From assembly GCA_963785725.1 (NCBI GenBank), contig CAWAWS010000020.1, forward strand, positions 128,001 through 192,000: 64,000 bases of DNA, read 5' to 3'. Under the pieces are notes generated by a model. The model ran no database searches and was not told where the DNA came from. It was given only the letters and a program-made list of their open reading frames with translations. Made by a program: the position numbers and the translations under genes. Shown in pieces: positions 49,560-58,867 of the stretch. Numbering within the stretch: the stretch's first letter is position 1; each line of letters starts with the position of its first letter. Source of the DNA: an uncultured delta proteobacterium (GTDB taxonomy: Bacteria; Myxococcota_A; Polyangia; Palsa-1104).

Positions 49560-51743
49560 TTATTTCGGGGCGTTTGCGGTGCCGGCGGGAGACTTTGTTC
49601 CGAGCACGTGACTGACGCGTACCACTTCCGGCAGGTGGACGTCGAGCTTGCCCAAGTACCACGCCAACCCGATCAACAAGAGGAGCAGCAGCGTGAAGTA
49701 GGCGCGCCACGGCCGCGACTTCTCGGCGTACGGATCTTTCAGCGAGCGCTCGGCGCCTTTGGGCAGCGTCGCGACGTCGGTGAGCGCGCCGCCGAAGGGC
49801 ACGTTGATGCGCGCGCGGCCGTTGATGGCCCAGCCGTTGGCGTCGAGCAGCGGGCCCAAGTTGCGCTGGCGCAGCTTCAAGAACGCCAGCAACATCGACG
49901 GTCCCGAGACCAGCAGCAAGACGGCGACGAGGCCGAGCGGCATCCACGCGCCGAGGCCGAAGAAGGCGCCCAAGATTCCGGCGAGCATGGCGCCGATGCC
50001 GCCGATGGCGACGCCGATGGCGGCGACGGTGCCGACGTCGATCTTCGACGCCGTGTCGGACTTCTTCGTGACCGTCGCCGGCGCCTGATCGGCCGTCGCC
50101 ACCGCCGTCGCGGTCTCGCTCAGCTTGGTGTTCGACTCGGCGTCGGCCTTGCTCGCGCGCTTCGAGACCTGCTCCTCGACGAGCCGCACGAGCTTCTTGT
50201 ACGGCGCCCAAAACGCTTCGCGAATGCTGATGGGGTTGGCGACGATCTTGGTGATGGTGGCGTCCCAATCGCGGCCTTTGCGATCGAAGAAGATGCCGTT
50301 GCGGCCGACCAAGAGGTTGTCGGAGTCGCCGTCGGTGAAGGCGGCCACGATGCTCATCTTCTCGCCGCCCGGTCGCGTGCAGTCGCAATAGGCGAGATAG
50401 GCGCCCGACATCGCCGCCAGCGCCGCGTGCTTGCCGGCGTCAGCGACTTCGAGGCAGAGCGTGCAGCCGCGACCGTCCAAAAAGAGCGTGCCCGCTTGGA
50501 AGGCGGCGCCGCGCCGGCCGTAGAACTCGGCGAAGTTGACGAAGTTGCGCAGCACGAGCAAGAGATCGCGCTGAAACAGCAGCAGCTTCTCGACGGCGGC
50601 GACCTGCGCGCTCTCGGCTTCCAGCGCCAGATCTTGCTGGATGAGCGCGTCGATCTTGGCTTTGGCGTCGCCGGTCGCGAGCGCGCGCACGCGTTCGAGG
50701 CTGATCGTGGGATCGATCGAGACGATGGGCTTCTCGGCCCACCACTTGTCGTACGCCGCCAGCTTTGCCTGCAGCGCCACCCAATCGGCGTACGACAGCT
50801 CGGCGCGCGCGCCCAAAAGCGGCGTCACCGTCGCGTCGGCGAGCGCCGTCAACGGATCGGCCCATGTCGGGTTGACGCCGTCGCGCAGCGGCAAGGCGCG
50901 ATTGGCCTCGACGTGCGCCAGCGGCAGCTTGCCGACCTCTTCGCGCGCCTGGCTCAAGTCCTTCATCGCCAGCGCCGTCCAATCGGCTTCGCTGCCGCCG
51001 AGCGGACCGACCGAGCGCGCATCGACCGCCGCCAGCCGCGTGCGCGTGAAGAAGTCGTCGACTTTGCCGCGCACGGCGCGCATGGCGTCGGCCGCGGCCG
51101 CCGTCGCCTCGCCGAGCGGCCGCGTCGTGGCGTCGGCTTTCTTGTCCCAGCCCACGAGCGCGTCCACTTCGGCGAAGAAGCTGTCGACCAGCACCTGATT
51201 GACGCCCAGCTTGCCGCTGCGATCGGCGACCTGACCGCGCGTCGTCATGATCTCGCCGATGACGGCGCGCGTGGCCTCGTCGTCGGCCGACTCGGGCGGC
51301 ACGACGCCGTCGCCGTTGAAGCGCGTCTCGGCGAAGATCTTGGCCGTGTCGGCGACGTCGGCGAGCGTGATGCTGGTCGCGTCGCCGCGGCCCATGTTGA
51401 CGAGGATGCGCGTCGCGCCCGCTTTGACGGCCGGATCCTTGATCGACGACAGCGCCACCGAATCGCCGCCTTTGTACAGCTCGCTCGGATCGGCCAACGT
51501 CTCGGTCGCCCACTTCACGGCGGCCAAGACCTCGGGCAGACGAATGCGTCCGTCCTTGTCGGCGTCGATCGCCTCCAGCGTCTTCGGATCGAAGTTGACG
51601 CCTTTGGTCGGCATCGCCAGCGCGACCCACAGCTTCGGGTCGAGATCGGGCAAGCCGATGAGGTCGGCGCCATCACGCAGCGCGACCTGATCGACTCCGC
51701 CCGAGCGGTAAAACTTCCAGCGATGCGTCGTCGGGTTCGCCAT
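49560..51743 (-). CDS. Uncharacterised 727-aa EF-hand membrane protein
   Basis: EF-hand loop DADKDGRIRLPE; helical/coiled-coil body; Gly-rich TM hairpin plus a C-terminal TM; TAATG coupling to the OmpA gene. Confidence 0.8.
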   Translation of the reverse strand: MANPTTHRWKFYRSGGVDQVALRDGADLIGLPDLDPKLWVALAMPTKGVNFDPKTLEAIDADKDGRIRLPEVLAAVKWATETLADPSELYKGGDSVALSSIKDPAVKAGATRILVNMGRGDATSITLADVADTAKIFAETRFNGDGVVPPESADDEATRAVIGEIMTTRGQVADRSGKLGVNQVLVDSFFAEVDALVGWDKKADATTRPLGEATAAAADAMRAVRGKVDDFFTRTRLAAVDARSVGPLGGSEADWTALAMKDLSQAREEVGKLPLAHVEANRALPLRDGVNPTWADPLTALADATVTPLLGARAELSYADWVALQAKLAAYDKWWAEKPIVSIDPTISLERVRALATGDAKAKIDALIQQDLALEAESAQVAAVEKLLLFQRDLLLVLRNFVNFAEFYGRRGAAFQAGTLFLDGRGCTLCLEVADAGKHAALAAMSGAYLAYCDCTRPGGEKMSIVAAFTDGDSDNLLVGRNGIFFDRKGRDWDATITKIVANPISIREAFWAPYKKLVRLVEEQVSKRASKADAESNTKLSETATAVATADQAPATVTKKSDTASKIDVGTVAAIGVAIGGIGAMLAGILGAFFGLGAWMPLGLVAVLLLVSGPSMLLAFLKLRQRNLGPLLDANGWAINGRARINVPFGGALTDVATLPKGAERSLKDPYAEKSRPWRAYFTLLLLLLIGLAWYLGKLDVHLPEVVRVSHVLGTKSPAGTANAPK

Positions 51744-53110
51744 TATTGGACCAACAAGAACTCGACGCGGCGATTGGCGGCTTTACCGGCCTTGGTCTTG
51801 TTGTCGGCGACCGGCTTGTCGGGGCCGTAACCCTTGGCCGTCAGCCGTTCTTTGCCGATGCCCTGGTCGACGAGATACTTGACGACCGCCTCGGCGCGCT
51901 GCTGCGACAAGAGGATGTTCTTGTCGTGATCGCCGACGTTGTCGGTGTGGCCCTGGATCTCGAGCTTCACTTGCGGATAGTCCTTCAACACCTTCGCCGC
52001 GCGATCGAGGACCGGGAACGACGACGGCAAGATGACCGCCTTGCCGTTGGCGAACACGATGCCTTCGACTTTGCCCGAGAACTTCTTGACCGCTTCCGGG
52101 ATCTCGTCCGGGCAGCCGTCGTCGTCCTGGTAGCCGTTCTTGGTCTCGGGCTGCGTCGGGCACTTGTCGAGCTTGTCGGGGATGCCGTCGCCGTCCGAGT
52201 CGGGCAGCGGGCAGCCGTCATTCGTCGACGGGCCGGCCTCTTTGGGGCACTTGTCGAGCCAATCGACGACGCCATCGCCGTCCGAGTCGGTGTCGGGGCA
52301 GCCGCTGTTGGCCGCCGGGCCGGCCTGTTGCGGGCACTTGTCGAGCCGATCGACGACGCCGTCGCCGTCCGCGTCTTTGTCGGGGCAGCCGAGGTTGTCG
52401 ACGGGGCCCTTTTCCGTCGGGCACTCGTCTTTGCTGTCGGGGATGCCGTCGCCGTCGCGGTCGATGGGCGGCTTGGCCGGCACGACGACGACGATGACCT
52501 TCGGCGCGGCCGCCGGCGGCGTGCACTTGTGGTCGATGCCCTTGCCGAAGATGCCATAGAGGCCGAGCAACACTTCGCCGTCCTCGGTGAAATAGGTGCC
52601 TTCGCCCGTGGCGCGACCGAACTGCACGCGGCCGTCGACGCGCAGGCCGAAGCGGCAGGTGATGTCGACCTTCAAGCCGGCGCCGAGGTGCAGCTCGCCT
52701 TTGGTGTCCTGGCTGGCGCCGCCGAGGTTGGTGTCGGACGAGCTCGACGTCATGCCGCCGCCGCCGGCGAGCACGAACGGCCGCACGCGCCCGGTCATGA
52801 GGTGCACGAGCACGTGGCCGCGCCAGCCGAACGCCAAGACCTGCGCGATGTGGTCGCGCGTCTGCGTCGGCGCCAGCAAGAGCTCGGCCTCGAGCTCGAC
52901 GCGCGGATGCAAGATGAAGCCGAAGCGGAAGCCGAACGCGCCCGTGTTCTGCAGGGCGGTGCCGCCGGTGGTGTCTTCGGGACGGCCGAGGCGATTGTCG
53001 CTGTTGAAGAAGTGGCCGCCGGCGAACGCGCCCGCTTCCATGGGAACGTCGGCGTGTGCCAGCGACGGGGCGAACAACACGGCGGCGAGGACGATCGTAA
53101 GTTTACGCAT
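51743..53110 (-). CDS. OmpA family protein with beta-barrel, thrombospondin type-3 repeats and OmpA-C domain
   Basis: Signal peptide; DxDGDG.PD..DxCP repeats; IQGHTD, LSQQRAEAV, NRRVEF. Start 53110 or 53122. Confidence 0.94.
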   Translation of the reverse strand: MRKLTIVLAAVLFAPSLAHADVPMEAGAFAGGHFFNSDNRLGRPEDTTGGTALQNTGAFGFRFGFILHPRVELEAELLLAPTQTRDHIAQVLAFGWRGHVLVHLMTGRVRPFVLAGGGGMTSSSSDTNLGGASQDTKGELHLGAGLKVDITCRFGLRVDGRVQFGRATGEGTYFTEDGEVLLGLYGIFGKGIDHKCTPPAAAPKVIVVVVPAKPPIDRDGDGIPDSKDECPTEKGPVDNLGCPDKDADGDGVVDRLDKCPQQAGPAANSGCPDTDSDGDGVVDWLDKCPKEAGPSTNDGCPLPDSDGDGIPDKLDKCPTQPETKNGYQDDDGCPDEIPEAVKKFSGKVEGIVFANGKAVILPSSFPVLDRAAKVLKDYPQVKLEIQGHTDNVGDHDKNILLSQQRAEAVVKYLVDQGIGKERLTAKGYGPDKPVADNKTKAGKAANRRVEFLLVQ

Positions 53111-53118
53111 GGTCTCGC

Positions 53119-54042
53119 TCACAAAAGCGTGATGACGAGCGAAAGGCTCGTCACGGTGTCGAGGCGTTGAGCGCGCGGCACGAAGTCCGCCGCGTACGTG
53201 AAGCCGGCGAACGCAGGCAGCGGCGCCGGATTGTTCGTGTAGCGCGCGAGGAACGACAGCTGAAAGCCGATGTTCTTCCAGATGCGCGCGTTGAGGGCGG
53301 CGCTGGCGTTGACGCGCGTATTGCCGAAGGCGCCGACGGTCGTGTTGGGCGTGTAGCCGGGCAGCGAGTTCAAGTTGCCGAGAATCTCCACGCCGGTCGC
53401 GATGCCCACTTCCTTCGACAGCGTGATCGTGTAGCCGGCGAACATGCGCAAGGAGTGGATGTCGAGCGTCGGACCGCTGACGTTCTCCTGATACGTGAAG
53501 TCGTAGCCGAGCTCGGCGACGAGCAGGTGCATGTCGCTCACATAGAGCTGGCGGCTGTAGCCGACCTGCCCGCCGGTGGCGACGATGATACCGGCCGGCC
53601 GGTTACCGCTGGCGAAGCCCGTGGCATAGATCGAGTTGTTCTTGGAGAGGAAGCGATCGTAGCGGAGCTTGATGTTCCACAGCTCGGCCGACGTCGTCGA
53701 GGTGTGCGTGATCTCGGAGTCGTTGTCGATCACGGTGCCGCCGCCCGGGACGTCGGCGCCGATGACGGTGCTGCGCGCGTACGAGCCGTTGACGTCGAGC
53801 TGCAGCTTGTTCCAGCCGTCGAGCATCGAGGCCGTGCCGCCGGCGGTGAAGGCGAAGCTGTTGGCGTTACCGGTGTTGAGCACGAGGCCCGCTTGCACGG
53901 AGGATTTCCAGATCACCTTGCCCTTGGTGTCTTCCTGCGTGCTGTACACGAATTTGGGATCGTCGGCCCACGCCGGCGTCGCCGCGAGGCCGAGCAGCCC
54001 CAGCGCGAGCCAGACGAGGGGCGAGCCTTGTCGTCTTGTCAT
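53119..54042 (-). CDS. DUF481-like outer-membrane beta-barrel protein
   Basis: Signal peptide; GLVLNTGNANS, LRYDRFL, alternating beta-strands, YTNNPAP...DTVTSLSL. Confidence 0.78.
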   Translation of the reverse strand: MTRRQGSPLVWLALGLLGLAATPAWADDPKFVYSTQEDTKGKVIWKSSVQAGLVLNTGNANSFAFTAGGTASMLDGWNKLQLDVNGSYARSTVIGADVPGGGTVIDNDSEITHTSTTSAELWNIKLRYDRFLSKNNSIYATGFASGNRPAGIIVATGGQVGYSRQLYVSDMHLLVAELGYDFTYQENVSGPTLDIHSLRMFAGYTITLSKEVGIATGVEILGNLNSLPGYTPNTTVGAFGNTRVNASAALNARIWKNIGFQLSFLARYTNNPAPLPAFAGFTYAADFVPRAQRLDTVTSLSLVITLL

Positions 54043-54410
54043 CAGTCTAGAATCCTTGGTTGAAAGGTCGAAAAACCGGTAGCGCCGCCGGCGTCGCGGC
54101 GCGAAGCACTAGAGAAACACCCAAGATCATGCTCGGCCGAGCAGTACGACCGACGCGCGGTTTCGGATCGCGCGGTCGTCGTTTTGTAGCAGGCGGTGCG
54201 GCCGCCACGACGACGGTCGCGGGCCGATCCGTCGACATCGAAGTGCGACCAGAGCACGTAATGCATCCCCCAGAATTCGTGAGTCCTACAAAAAACGGCA
54301 TGCTACTAGGGATGAGGTGGCGGTCAATCCTTTATTGCCCGCCGTGTATTTAAAAATGTGTGCGTCAGCGAAGCGGATCTTGTTATCGAACGACGTGAAT
54401 CGTTCGCGTT

Positions 54411-55250
54411 TCAGCCTTTGAAATAGTCGTAGCGGGCGGCGTGAGGCGCGATTCTCGTCTGCAGAGCGACGCATTCGGCGGGGTCGAGCGGCGCGAAGTC
54501 GTGGTTGAGGGCGAGATTGGCGCGCACCTCGGCGACGCTGGAGCAGCCGATGACGACGGTGTCGGCGAAGCCGGCGGCATAGCGGATGAGCTCGTCGGCG
54601 CTCGCGACGCCGTCGGCGACGAGGCGGCCGGCGGCGAGCACCTTCATGCCGACGACGCCCATGCCGCGGCGGCGCGCTTCGGGCACGACCGTCGTCAAGA
54701 ACGGCAGCTGCGCCGGATCGGCCGGATTGATCGGGCACAAGACGCTGTCGAAGTCGAAGCGACGCATGGCCTCCAACAAGATCGCCGGATCTTGATGGCC
54801 GGTGAGCCCGATGCAGCGGACGCGACCATCGGCGCGCGCGGCCTGCGCGGCCTCGATGGCGCCGCCCTTGCCGAAGATGGCGTCGAGATCGCCGGGCTCG
54901 CGCAGGTCGTGCATCTGCCACAGGTCGAGGTGGTCGGTGCCGAGGCGCGTGAGCGAATCGTCGAGCAGCTTGAGCGCGCGATCGCGGCGGCGCTCGTGCA
55001 CTTTGGACGCGAGGAAGATCTGCGCGCGCGCCGCCGGACCCGCCTGCCGCAGCGCCGCGCCATAATGATCCTGGCTCTCTTGATACGCCGGCGCCGTGTC
55101 GCAGTAGCGCACGCCGAGCCGGAAGGCCTCGAGGATCATGGGCACGGCGTCCCGCGCGCGGCCGGTCGTGCGCAAGATCCCTTCACCGCCGAGCGACACG
55201 GGCAAAACGGTGGCGCCGGTGCGGCCGAGCGTGCGTTCCACGAGAGGCAT
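54411..55250 (-). CDS. Aldo/keto reductase
   Basis: RTLGRTG, DTAPAY, LASK, SLTRLGTDHLDLWQMH, IGLTGH, GMKVL. Confidence 0.93.
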   Translation of the reverse strand: MPLVERTLGRTGATVLPVSLGGEGILRTTGRARDAVPMILEAFRLGVRYCDTAPAYQESQDHYGAALRQAGPAARAQIFLASKVHERRRDRALKLLDDSLTRLGTDHLDLWQMHDLREPGDLDAIFGKGGAIEAAQAARADGRVRCIGLTGHQDPAILLEAMRRFDFDSVLCPINPADPAQLPFLTTVVPEARRRGMGVVGMKVLAAGRLVADGVASADELIRYAAGFADTVVIGCSSVAEVRANLALNHDFAPLDPAECVALQTRIAPHAARYDYFKG

Positions 55251-55529
55251 GCACGCACTCTACTACGGTGACGACCGGAGCGCGGATCGGCGCGCCGCGA
55301 CTGCATGCTCGACTGCAACTAAAATGGCATGCGACAAAATACCGCATGGTCACCATTAGCAGTGCACTCTATCAATAATGGCGATATCGATATTCGAATT
55401 AACTGCGAATCATTGCAGCTCGCAGTTGAGCCCATAGCCGCGACATTCGACGGACCTCACGCTGTGCCTGAATCCGATCGACGGGCGCGCGGCTTCCCAA
55501 AGCGGCGGCGAGCGGACATCATGCCGCGC

Positions 55530-55952
55530 ATGGCCCGCCGCTATTGGCTCATCAAGAGCGAACCGTTCAAGTATTCGTGGGACCGCTTCGTCAGCGACGG
55601 GCGGACGCATTGGGACGGCGTGCGCAACTTCGAGGCGCGCAACAACTTGCGGGCGATGGCGCTCGGCGATCTGGCGCTCTTTTATCACTCCAACGAAGGC
55701 AAGGAGATCGTCGGCGTGGCCGAGGTGGTGCGCACCGCCTACGCCGATGCGACGGCGGAAGCCGGCGACTGGAGCGTGGTCGACGTGGCGCCGCTGGCGC
55801 CGTTGACGCGACCGGTGACGCTGGAGACGATCAAGAGCGACGCGTTGTTGTCGAAGATGGCGCTGGTGCGGCGGTCGCGGCTGTCGGTGGCGCCCGTGGA
55901 GGCGAAGGAGCTCGCGCGTGTGCTCGCGCTCGGCAAGACCAAGCTGCGTTAG
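55530..55952 (+). CDS. EVE domain protein
   Basis: YWLIKSEP...WDGVRNFEARNNLRAM..GD...FYHS, SRLSV. Start 55530 or 55521. Confidence 0.93.
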   Translation: MARRYWLIKSEPFKYSWDRFVSDGRTHWDGVRNFEARNNLRAMALGDLALFYHSNEGKEIVGVAEVVRTAYADATAEAGDWSVVDVAPLAPLTRPVTLETIKSDALLSKMALVRRSRLSVAPVEAKELARVLALGKTKLR

Positions 55953-57412
55953 GACGTCAGCCGCTCGAAGTCGATGAAGCCTTTGGCGACGCTGACGTCG
56001 AGCAGCCGCACGCGCACGCGCTGGCCGACCGTCAAGCCGTGGCCGCCTTTGACGACCTTGCCTTCGGCCGTCGGTGAGCTCACGCGCACGAACACGCCCT
56101 TGTCGCTGGCGCCGGTGATGATGCCGTCGAACGTGTGCCCGACCTGCGGCTGCAGCAGCTGCGCCGCGGCCGACTTCTGCACGCGCCGCTCCACCTTCTC
56201 GGCCGCCGCCTCCATCTCCGAACAGTGGGCCGCGATCTGCGTCAGCTCGACGCGCGTATAAGGCGACTTCTGCCCCACCGCGTGCGCCTTGATGAGCCGC
56301 TGCGTCACGAGATCGGGATAGCGGCGATTGGGCGCCGTCGAGTGCGCATACTCCATCGTCGCCAGCCCGAAGTGGCCGATGTCGGGCTCGTCGGGCGCGT
56401 GCGCGACGTATTCGCCGCGCCCCATCAGCTTGATGACCGCGAGCGAGATGTCGGCGAAGTCGTCGGGATGCTCGTCGCGCATGCGATCGATGAAGCCGGC
56501 CAGCGCCTTCGAGCTCGGCTGCGGCGGCAACGTCACGCCGTGCTCGTTGGCGTAGGCGACGATGCGCTGCCACCGCTCCGGCTGCTTGACGACGCGGCGA
56601 ATCGACACCATGCGATCGAGATCGAGCGCGTGCGCGACGGTGCGGTTGGAGGCGATCATCAGCTCCTCGATGACGCTGCCGGCGCGATCTTGATGATGCG
56701 GCGCGAGGCCGGTCACGTTGCCGTGCGCGTCGACCTCGGCGCGCACTTCGCCGGTGTCGACGTCGAGCGCGCCCGCTTTGCGGCGGGCCGCGGCCAGCAC
56801 GCGCGCGATCTTGTCGTGCAGCTGCACCTGCGCGCGCAGCGTCTCGTCATGCGCGAGCACGCCCGGCGGCGGCGCCTTGCCGTCGAGCCACGCCGACACC
56901 GACGGATAATCGAGCTTGCCCTTGTTCTGCACCAGCGCCGGATAGAGCTTGCCGTCGCTGATGTTGCCGTCGTCGTGCACGAGCGTCTCGATGACGATGG
57001 CCGGCCGCGCTTCGTCGGCCAGAAGCGAGCTCAAGTGAAACGACAAGCGCTCCGGCAACATCGGGAACGTCCGCACGCCGGTATAAACGCTCGTCGTGTT
57101 GTTGCCGGCGAAGCGATCGATGGCCGAGCCCTTGGCGACGAAGTGATCGACGTCGGCGATGGCGACGTACAGCCGCGTGCCGCCGGCCACGACCTCGGCC
57201 GCTTCGATCTGATCGAGATCTTGCGACTCGGGATTGTCGATGGACGTCCACGGCATCGCCCGCAAGTCGCGCATGCCGGCCGTGGGCGCGGCGACGGGCT
57301 GCGCGTGCGCGGCCTCGGCCACGGCGTCGTCGGGCGGATCGGGCAGGAAACCTTTTTCGCGCATGGCCGTTAGGGCGACCTGCACGAGCACACCATGATC
57401 GATTTGAGCCAT
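55949..57412 (-). CDS. RNB-domain ribonuclease (RNase II/R family, short form) with C-terminal S1
   Basis: SIDNPESQDLDQ, VAIADV, IEELMIASN, HFGL...YAHSTAPNRRYPDL. Confidence 0.92.
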   Translation of the reverse strand: MAQIDHGVLVQVALTAMREKGFLPDPPDDAVAEAAHAQPVAAPTAGMRDLRAMPWTSIDNPESQDLDQIEAAEVVAGGTRLYVAIADVDHFVAKGSAIDRFAGNNTTSVYTGVRTFPMLPERLSFHLSSLLADEARPAIVIETLVHDDGNISDGKLYPALVQNKGKLDYPSVSAWLDGKAPPPGVLAHDETLRAQVQLHDKIARVLAAARRKAGALDVDTGEVRAEVDAHGNVTGLAPHHQDRAGSVIEELMIASNRTVAHALDLDRMVSIRRVVKQPERWQRIVAYANEHGVTLPPQPSSKALAGFIDRMRDEHPDDFADISLAVIKLMGRGEYVAHAPDEPDIGHFGLATMEYAHSTAPNRRYPDLVTQRLIKAHAVGQKSPYTRVELTQIAAHCSEMEAAAEKVERRVQKSAAAQLLQPQVGHTFDGIITGASDKGVFVRVSSPTAEGKVVKGGHGLTVGQRVRVRLLDVSVAKGFIDFERLTS

Positions 57413-57487
57413 TGCTACGATATATACAGGAAACGCCCGATATCGAGCCGCGGCGCTGGATGGGAAAGTCGAAGCTCCGCGCGCGAA

Positions 57488-58778
57488 TCAGGCGGAGCTG
57501 GGCGCGAGCAGGCTCTGCAGACGCGCGATGACGTCGGGCGCGGCGCGGACGGTGAAATAGGCGGCTTCGTCGTCGGCGCGCTCGGCGAGGACTTGGCAGC
57601 TGGCGAAGATCTCGCCGCGCAGGCGCTGCTGGCTCCAGGCGACGCGCAGCTCCTCCTCGATCAGCTCGTCGGCGAAGTGCGCGACCAGCGCCGCGTGCAG
57701 CGCCACGACGTCTTCGGGACGCTTGGCGCTCACGACGTGCGCGTCGGGCCAACGCGCGAGCAGCGCTTGGCGCGTCGCCGCTTCGTCGGCCACGAGGTCG
57801 ATCTTGTTGAGCACGAGGACGTGCGGCACGTCGCCGGCGCCGATCTCGGCGAGGACGGCGTTCGTGACCTCGAGCTGCCGCAGATGGCCGGGGTCGGACG
57901 CATCCAAGACGTGCAACAGCAGCGACGCCTCCAAGCGCTTCGTCGAGCGTGCTCTTGAACGAGGCCACGAGACCATGCGGCAGGTTCTTGATGAAGCCGA
58001 CCGTGTCGGACACGAGGATGCGCGGCACCGTCGCCGGCGCGAGCTCGCGCACGGTCGTGTCGAGCGTGGCGAAGAGCTTGTTGGCGACGTAGACCTCGCT
58101 GCCGGTGAGCGCGCGCATCCACGTCGACTTGCCGGCGTTGGTGTAGCCGACGAGCGCCACGCGATGTAAGCCCCCGGCGCTGACGCGACGCTCGCGCTGC
58201 GTGCGCCGCTCGGCGTCGAGGCTCGCCAGCTCGGCGGTGAGCTCGGCGATGCGATCGCGGATCTTGCGCCGATCGAGCTCGAGCGCCGACTCGCCCGCGC
58301 CTTTGCCGCCGATGCCGCCGCGCTGGCGGTCCTTGCCTTTGCCGGCCTCGCGCAGCCGCGGCGCCAGATACTGCAGCCGCACGATCTCGACCTGCGCGCG
58401 CGCCGCTCGTGAACGCGCGTGGCGATGGAAGATCTCGAGGATCACCTGCGTGCGATCGAGGACGTCGACACCCACCTCCTTCTCGAGGTTGCGCGCTTGC
58501 GACGGCGACAGCTCGTGGTCGACGAACAGGAGGTCGCACAGCGGCGCCTCGGGCGTGCCGACCATGGCCTTCAGCTCTTCGCGCTTGCCGCTGCCGAGGT
58601 AGGCGCCGCCGTCGAAGGAAGCGCGCTTCTGCGTGACCGTGTCGATGACGGTGACGCCGAGCGTGCGCGCGAGCTGGCGCAGCTCGGCCAGCGAGCTCTG
58701 GAACTCCTCGTCGGATACATCGGGCAGCTGCACGGCAGCGACGATGGCGCGCTGCGGCTTGTCTTCGGCGTCGAGCAT
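57488..58778 (-). CDS. hflX: GTPase HflX, apparent +1 frameshift at ~57932-57935
   Basis: LSPSQARNLE, DRTQVILEIF, GAGESALELDRR, GYTNAGKS, LFATLDTT, DTVGFI. After removing one base: STLDEALEASLLLHVLDAS...NKID. Confidence 0.92.
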
Positions 58779-58867
58779 GGCTACGTCATTACCACGCGCA
58801 CGTCAGCCTTGCGGCGCCGACCGTGCGCTCGTTTCTTTTGCGCCGCGCGGACCGGCGACCGCGGCTG

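Noticed and set aside
56847..58778. 643-aa HflX with a novel C-terminal extension overlapping the RNB gene
   Set aside because: The extension is off-frame read-through after the frameshift; the canonical HflX C-terminus is in ORF 57488-57976.
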